A stretch of 64,000 bases of DNA. Source: an uncultured Gammaproteobacteria bacterium (GTDB taxonomy: Bacteria > Patescibacteriota > Patescibacteriia > Patescibacteriales > BS150m-G62). The notes under the pieces were generated by a model that saw only the letters and a list, made by a program, of their open reading frames with translations, was not told where the DNA came from and searched no databases. Both the position numbers and the translations under genes were made by a program. The DNA is taken from NCBI GenBank assembly GCA_964569045.1, contig CAZMSR010000003.1, forward strand, positions 23,492 through 87,491, in the 5' to 3' direction. Of this stretch, positions 58,236 through 64,000 are shown piece by piece. Positions within the stretch are counted from its first letter, which is position 1. Every line of letters starts with the position of its first letter.

Positions 58236-60983
58236 TTGATGTCAATTTTAAATATTAGAAAAAGATCAGGTAATATTGTGAGCTTTGATCCTAATAGGAT
58301 AGAGGTTGCAATTAATAAGGCTCTTGAAGCTAGTAAGCAAAAGGTTGTTAATGATTTTCCAGTTATTATTAAGGAGCAGGTAGTTATGGCAATTGAAAAA
58401 GACTACAATGGAATAGATTTAATTCCAAATGTTGAGGATATCCAGGATTTAGTAGAGAGGAAACTCGTAGAATCTGATAACTTTGAAGTTGCAAAAATAT
58501 ATATTTTATATCGTTCTGAAAGAGCAAAAATGCGTGCAGAGTCAAGGTTGAATGAGCTAAAGAGAATGGAAAAGAATTTGCTCAAAGTTTTAAAAAGAAG
58601 CGGAGTTAGTGATGTATTTGATATCCATAAACTAGAATATATATTAGACCGCGCCGCATTTGATTTAAAAGGGGTTGATAAAAATAATATTTTAAATGAG
58701 TTTAAAAAGAATATATTTGATGGAATTAGCACAAATGATATTAGTAAGGCTTTAGTAATGGCAGCAAAAAGTTATATTGAAAGAGACCCCGATTATTCAT
58801 TTTTAGCAGCAAGATTACTTTTAACATCAGTTTATAAGGAAGTTTTTCAAGTGAAGATAAGTTCAGATAATTTTAATAAAATATATTTAGAAAAGTTTGA
58901 GGAGTATGTACGAAAAGGTGTAGAAGCAAAAAGATTGTCTTCTGTATTACTTGATTATGATTTTAAAAAGATTAGTAATGCTTTAAAGGTTGATAGAGAT
59001 AATCTATTGAATTATTTGAGTGCTCAGACTTTATATGATAGATATTTTGTGCATATAAATGAAAAAAGAATAGAAGTGCCTCAGTATTTTTGGATGCGAG
59101 TAGCAATGGGCTTGGCTCAAAAAGAGGAAAATAAAGAAGATCGTGCCATTGAGTTTTATGAGATTCTTTCAACTCTTCGATTCGTAAGTTCTACTCCTAC
59201 TTTATTTAATTCCGGGACTACACATGAGCAAATGTCTTCATGCTATTTATCAATAATTAATGATGATTTGGAACATATATTTAAAGTGATAAAAGATAAT
59301 GCCTTGCTCTCAAAATGGGCCGGAGGCATTGGAAATGATTGGACAAAAGTAAGAGCAACCGGAGCTCATATAGAAGGTACAAATGGTAAGTCTCAAGGTG
59401 TAATTCCTTTTATGAAAATAGTTAATGATACAGCAGTTGCGGTTAATCAAGGTGGAAAACGGAAAGGTGCAGTATGTGCATATTTAGAAACTTGGCATTT
59501 AGATATTGTAGATTTTTTAGAACTTAGAAAAAATACAGGAGATGAAAGAAGAAGAACTCATGATATGAGTATTGCTAATTGGATTCCTGATTTATTTATG
59601 CAGCGCGTAATAAATGATCAAGAGTGGACGCTTTTTTCTCCAGATGAAGTACCTGATTTACATGATTTGTACGGCATGAAATTTAAGAAAAAATATGAGG
59701 AATATGAAAAATTAGTTGATGCGAATAAAATAACAATATTTAAGCGCATAAAAGCTACTGATTTGTGGAAAAAGATGATAACAATGTTATTTGAAACAGG
59801 ACATCCTTGGATTACCTTTAAAGACCCATGCAATGTTCGGTCACCTCAGGATCATGTCGGAGTAGTGCATAGTTCAAATTTGTGTACTGAAATTACTCTT
59901 AATAGCACTAGTGATGAAACTGCTGTATGTAATCTTGGTTCTATTAATTTAGCTAAACATTATGACCAAAATTTAGGTGATATTAATAAGGAAAAGTTAG
60001 CCTATACAGTAAAAATTGCTATGCGAATGCTAGATAATGTAATTGATGTAAATTATTATCCTATTCCAGAAACAAAAAATGCTAATGCAATACATCGTCC
60101 AGTTGGACTAGGAATAATGGGATTCCAGGATATTTTGTATGCTAAGAATTTAGATTTTGATTCTGAAATTGCAGTGAAATATTCTGATGAATTAATGGAG
60201 TTAGTGTCATATAATGCAATTTTGGCAAGTTCAGAATTAGCTAAAGAGAGAGGTGTTTATCATAGTTATCCTGGGTCTAAATGGGATAGGGGGATTTTAC
60301 CGATTGATACTTTAGAATTATTAGAGAAAGAAAGAGGCGAAATTTTGCGTATTAATAAAGAAGGAAAGATGGATTGGATGCCTGTAAGAGAGTCTATAAA
60401 GAAACATGGTATGCGAAATTCTAATTGTTTGTCTATAGCCCCAACGGCAACAATTTCAAATATATCAGGCTGTATTCCTTGTATAGAGCCAATTTATAAA
60501 AATTTGTATGTTAAGTCTAATATGGGAGGTGAGTTTACTGTAATTAATACAAGTTTGGTACATGAATTAAAAAGGCTGAATCTGTGGTATGCAGATATTT
60601 TTAAAAAAATAAAAGTTAAAGATGGATCAATACAAGATATTGCAGAAATACCAATTTCAATTCGCGATAAATACAAGGAAGCTTTTGAAATCAGTCCGAT
60701 TTGGTTTGTTAAGCATGCAGGAGCAAGGTCAAAATGGCTTGATCAATCTCAATCAGTAAATATTTTTTACAGAGGGCAATCTGGTAAAGAAATTGCAGAA
60801 ATTTATATTAATGCTTGGTTGATGGGACTGAAGACAACCTATTATTTAAGAACATTAGGCGCAACTCAAGTTGAAAAGTCAACTGTTGGTGATAAAGGTA
60901 CCCATGTTAGAAGTGGTAAAATTAAAGCTGATGATATAACTTGCTCTGCTAAAGATGGTGAGAGTTGTGAGTCTTGCCAATAA
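58236..60983 (+). CDS. nrdA: class I ribonucleoside-diphosphate reductase alpha subunit
   Basis: N-terminal ATP-cone, NLCTEI active-site motif and C-terminal Cys pair (CESC). Followed by nrdB. Confidence 0.9.
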   Translation: MMSILNIRKRSGNIVSFDPNRIEVAINKALEASKQKVVNDFPVIIKEQVVMAIEKDYNGIDLIPNVEDIQDLVERKLVESDNFEVAKIYILYRSERAKMRAESRLNELKRMEKNLLKVLKRSGVSDVFDIHKLEYILDRAAFDLKGVDKNNILNEFKKNIFDGISTNDISKALVMAAKSYIERDPDYSFLAARLLLTSVYKEVFQVKISSDNFNKIYLEKFEEYVRKGVEAKRLSSVLLDYDFKKISNALKVDRDNLLNYLSAQTLYDRYFVHINEKRIEVPQYFWMRVAMGLAQKEENKEDRAIEFYEILSTLRFVSSTPTLFNSGTTHEQMSSCYLSIINDDLEHIFKVIKDNALLSKWAGGIGNDWTKVRATGAHIEGTNGKSQGVIPFMKIVNDTAVAVNQGGKRKGAVCAYLETWHLDIVDFLELRKNTGDERRRTHDMSIANWIPDLFMQRVINDQEWTLFSPDEVPDLHDLYGMKFKKKYEEYEKLVDANKITIFKRIKATDLWKKMITMLFETGHPWITFKDPCNVRSPQDHVGVVHSSNLCTEITLNSTSDETAVCNLGSINLAKHYDQNLGDINKEKLAYTVKIAMRMLDNVIDVNYYPIPETKNANAIHRPVGLGIMGFQDILYAKNLDFDSEIAVKYSDELMELVSYNAILASSELAKERGVYHSYPGSKWDRGILPIDTLELLEKERGEILRINKEGKMDWMPVRESIKKHGMRNSNCLSIAPTATISNISGCIPCIEPIYKNLYVKSNMGGEFTVINTSLVHELKRLNLWYADIFKKIKVKDGSIQDIAEIPISIRDKYKEAFEISPIWFVKHAGARSKWLDQSQSVNIFYRGQSGKEIAEIYINAWLMGLKTTYYLRTLGATQVEKSTVGDKGTHVRSGKIKADDITCSAKDGESCESCQ

Positions 60984-61074
60984 AAAAATAAAAAAGACAT
61001 AGTAAATAATCATAAAAAAATAAAAAAAATTAATTTATCTCATATTGCCTCTCTCTTACTTTGGCCTGGGATTG

Positions 61075-61138
61075 CTAGGGTAAGACCAATTGAAAGAAAC
61101 CTTTCAGCCTAGTAAAACGAGGTTCTCGCTTGAGGGGG
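61075..61138. repeat. copy 1 of a structured motif of about 62-64 nt (CTAGGGTA...AATTGAAAGAAACCTTTCAGCCTAGTA...GTTCT...GGGGG)
   Basis: Contains the TGAAAG-AAAC-CTTTCA hairpin flanked by CTAGG/CCTAG. Duplicated at 61375-61436. Confidence 0.5.
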
Positions 61139-61374
61139 CGGCAATACGAGATAAATTAATATATACTTAATTCCTAAACTAATTCCGATAATTTCCTTAA
61201 ATTTCGGCTGTGGCTTTGAGAAAAAATTTGGCCTATGCTATGGCATGAGCAAGATTTTTTCTTTTTGCCTCGTTCAAAATTAAAAAAAATTATTTTTTGA
61301 ATTAGTTTAAGAATTAAGTATATAAATAATCTTCTCTTTCGTTTAGTCCATCTCCTGTTTCTGGCTCTCTTGTT

Positions 61375-61436
61375 CTAGGGTATACAAATTGAAAGAAACC
61401 TTTCAGCCTAGTATTAGTAAAGTTCTAATCGGGGGA
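61375..61436. repeat. copy 2 of the same structured motif, just upstream of the nrdB start
   Basis: A 27-nt core is identical to copy 1, and the flanks are about 80% similar. Confidence 0.5.
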
Positions 61437-61469
61437 CTGACTAAAAGAAAGAGAAGTGAATATTTTAAA

Positions 61470-62522
61470 ATGGTCGAAAGTTTTATACAACCAATAAAAA
61501 GATCAAAATCGAGAGTTAATGTAAATGATCGTAAAATAATCAATGGAGAAGAAGCTGATGTTGTTCAGCTTTCTCCAATGAAGCATAAATGGGCTTGGCA
61601 AGCGTATTTAGATGCAAATGCTAATCATTGGTTGCCAACAGAGATACAAATGCAGCGTGATATTGAATTATGGAAAGATCCTAATGGTTTAACTGAGGAT
61701 GAACGTCTTGCTTTTAAGAGAGTGATGGGATTTTTTACTACCGGTGATTCTATTGTTGCTAATAATTTAGTTTTGGCAATATATAAGCATATTACATCAC
61801 CAGAGTGTAGAATGTATTTACTTAGGCAGTCATATGAAGAGGCTATACATACCCACGCGTATCAATATATTGTTGATAGTTTAGAGCTTGATGAGGGTGA
61901 GATTTTTAACATGTATAGAGAGCAAGAATCGATTTTTAATAAAGATCAGATGTTAATTAATTTTAGTTTGGGTGTGCTTGATTCAAAATTTTCAACGCTA
62001 GGAGAGAAAAATATTCAAAGTTTTTTAGAGAATTTAATTGGATTTTATTTGATTTGTGAAGGATTATTTTTTTATACTAGTTTTGCGGTTATTTTAAGTT
62101 TTCAAAGACAAAATAAATTAGTCGGATCGGCTGAACAGATTCAATATATAATGAGAGATGAGTCAATGCATATGAATTTTGGGATTGATTTAATTAATAC
62201 AATTAAAGATGAAAATCCCGGAGTGTGGTCAAATTATATAATTCAAAAAATATATAAAGCGGTGGATCAAGCAGTGTGTTTAGAGGTGGCTTTTGCTAAA
62301 GATTGTTTTCCAAGAGGAATACTTGGTATTAATTCAAATTTATTTGAAGGATATATGCGGCATATTGCTGGGCGCAGATTAGAGCGTATTGGACTTGAAG
62401 ATAAATATAAAGCAACTAATCCTTTTCCATGGATGAGTGAAGCTATTGATTTAAGCAAAGAAAAGAATTTTTTTGAAAGTAGAGTTACTGAGTATCAAAC
62501 CGGAGGAACATTGGAGTGGTAA
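61470..62522 (+). CDS. nrdB: class I ribonucleotide reductase beta subunit
   Basis: Di-iron ligand motifs (EEAIHTHAY, RDESMHMNF). The ORF is open from 61389; the start is placed at MVESFIQ, which is preceded by a purine-rich RBS. Confidence 0.9.
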   Translation: MVESFIQPIKRSKSRVNVNDRKIINGEEADVVQLSPMKHKWAWQAYLDANANHWLPTEIQMQRDIELWKDPNGLTEDERLAFKRVMGFFTTGDSIVANNLVLAIYKHITSPECRMYLLRQSYEEAIHTHAYQYIVDSLELDEGEIFNMYREQESIFNKDQMLINFSLGVLDSKFSTLGEKNIQSFLENLIGFYLICEGLFFYTSFAVILSFQRQNKLVGSAEQIQYIMRDESMHMNFGIDLINTIKDENPGVWSNYIIQKIYKAVDQAVCLEVAFAKDCFPRGILGINSNLFEGYMRHIAGRRLERIGLEDKYKATNPFPWMSEAIDLSKEKNFFESRVTEYQTGGTLEW

Positions 62523-62646
62523 ATAAGTTTGGTAATTTGGTGAAGTTTAAAAAAGTCAAAATAAAATAATTTTGACTTTTTTATATGTATGTTAATTTAG
62601 TTAATAATCGTTTGTATTTTGCTGAATTATGCGTTAGTATGCAATT

Positions 62647-64000
62647 ATGAATAGTGAACTGCGTTATAATAATATTCGTAATTTTTGTATCATTGCTCAT
62701 ATTGATCATGGTAAATCAACATTAGCTGATAGGATGCTTGAAATTACTCAGACAGTTGATGTGCGAAATATGCATGCACAACTTTTAGATACAATGGAGC
62801 TTGAACAAGAAAGAGGGATTACAATTAAGCTGCAGCCGGTAACAATGGATTATGTTTTTAGCGGTTCTAATTATGTGCTTAATTTAATTGATACTCCAGG
62901 GCATGTTGATTTTAGTTATGAAGTTTCTAGATCGCTTGCTGCTGTTGAGGGGGCAATATTGCTTGTTGATGCTACTCAGGGGATACAGGCTCAGACTTTG
63001 GCAAATTTATATTTAGCCTTAGAGCAGGATTTAGTAATAATACCTGTTATTAATAAAATTGATTTGCCGGCTGCTGACATTTCAAAAACAACAAAAGAAG
63101 TCGTTAGTTTACTTGGTTGTAAAGAATTTGAAATTATACACGCATCAGGAAAAACTGGTCATGGGGTTGAAAAAATTCTTAATGAAGTTGTTGCTCGTAT
63201 TCCTGCGCCTTTTTTAAATTCTGAAAAATTAATTACGCGTGCTTTGATTTTTGATTCTAATTATGATGAATATAAAGGTGTTGTAGCACATGTGCGAATA
63301 ATTGATGGTGAGATTAAAAAAGGGGATAAGATATATTTAATGGCCACGCAAACAAAAAGTGAAGCAACAGAAGTTGGAATTTTTAAGCCAAAATATTTGC
63401 CGCAAAAACAATTGTCAGTCGGAGATATAGGCTATATTGTCACCGGTTTTAAAGAGGTCGGAGAGTGCAAAGTTGGTGACACTATTACAATTTTTCAATC
63501 AACGATTAATAATAAAAAGGTGGTTCCTCTCGATGGTTATCAAGAAGTTAAGCCTTTTGTTTTTGCTGGAATATTTACAAAAGAAGGGGATGATTATGAA
63601 AGATTGCGTGAGGCAATAGCTAAATTAAAACTAAACGATGCTGCTTTGATGTATGAAGTTGAACGATCTCATGCATTAGGATTTGGTTTTAGGTGCGGTT
63701 TTTTGGGTCTTCTTCATCTGGAGATTTTTCAAGAAAGGCTTCGAAGAGAGTATGATCTAGAGTTGATAGTTACTGTGCCAAGCGTGGCGTATAGGGTTTA
63801 TCAAAATGATGGCAGAGAATATGTAATTCATACTCCACAGGAAATGCCAGAGGTTGGTAAGATAAATAAAATTAAAGAACCTTGGGTTAAGTTAGATATT
63901 ATTACGCCAAAAGAGTATATTGGTGGGGTAATGAATTTAGCACAGGGCAAGCGTGGTATTTACCTCAATACTGAGTATATTGATAAAAATAGAGCTATTT
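62647..64000 (+). CDS. lepA: elongation factor 4 (LepA), N-terminal portion (3' end lies outside window)
   Basis: IAHIDHGKSTLADR G1 motif, DTPGHVDF, NKIDLP. Confidence 0.95.
   Translation, partial: MNSELRYNNIRNFCIIAHIDHGKSTLADRMLEITQTVDVRNMHAQLLDTMELEQERGITIKLQPVTMDYVFSGSNYVLNLIDTPGHVDFSYEVSRSLAAVEGAILLVDATQGIQAQTLANLYLALEQDLVIIPVINKIDLPAADISKTTKEVVSLLGCKEFEIIHASGKTGHGVEKILNEVVARIPAPFLNSEKLITRALIFDSNYDEYKGVVAHVRIIDGEIKKGDKIYLMATQTKSEATEVGIFKPKYLPQKQLSVGDIGYIVTGFKEVGECKVGDTITIFQSTINNKKVVPLDGYQEVKPFVFAGIFTKEGDDYERLREAIAKLKLNDAALMYEVERSHALGFGFRCGFLGLLHLEIFQERLRREYDLELIVTVPSVAYRVYQNDGREYVIHTPQEMPEVGKINKIKEPWVKLDIITPKEYIGGVMNLAQGKRGIYLNTEYIDKNRAI

Overview
The window is AT-rich (roughly 30% GC by eye) and gene-dense, with a compact gene repertoire that looks Patescibacteria/CPR-like; this is an inference only. 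Core housekeeping genes present are leuS (3' part), mnmA, greA, lysS, serS, cysS, murA, murJ, rdgB, lepA (5' part), an Hsp20 gene, and three tRNAs: Leu-CAA, Val-GAC and an unusual Ile-UAU. Two ribonucleotide-reductase loci are present. The first is an anaerobic class III operon, nrdR-nrdD-nrdG, on the minus strand. The second is an aerobic class I nrdA-nrdB pair on the plus strand. Both are preceded by tandem NrdR-box-like palindromes. There are two surface-glycan clusters: GT4, GT2 and Wzy-like genes at about 16-21 kb, and a dTDP-rhamnose cluster at about 33-42 kb with an rmlC-rmlB fusion, rmlD, an rmlA-GT2 fusion, three GT2 genes and galU. A signalling island at about 50.9-58 kb holds two sensor kinases, a REC-HD-GYP protein, a REC-GHKL ATPase hybrid and two OmpR regulators. 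The most unusual observations follow. (1) The glycyl-radical C-terminal domain of NrdD is encoded as a separate 47-aa ORF with its own strong RBS. (2) G8 homopolymer tracts lie in the rml operon promoter and inside the start of the rmlA-GT2 fusion, which is out of frame as assembled; this suggests phase variation or a homopolymer error. (3) A 37-aa peptide gene with a strong terminator sits immediately upstream of a 6-TM histidine kinase whose H-box resembles AgrC/ComD. (4) A 647-aa protein combines a class II terpene-cyclase-like DxDDTS motif with polyprenyl-synthase-like D-rich motifs. (5) A structured motif of about 62-64 nt is duplicated between nrdA and nrdB. (6) A GC-rich island of about 95 nt in the intergenic region after the VanW-family gene may be a structured RNA. 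No CRISPR array, transposase, integrase or recognisable defence genes were seen.
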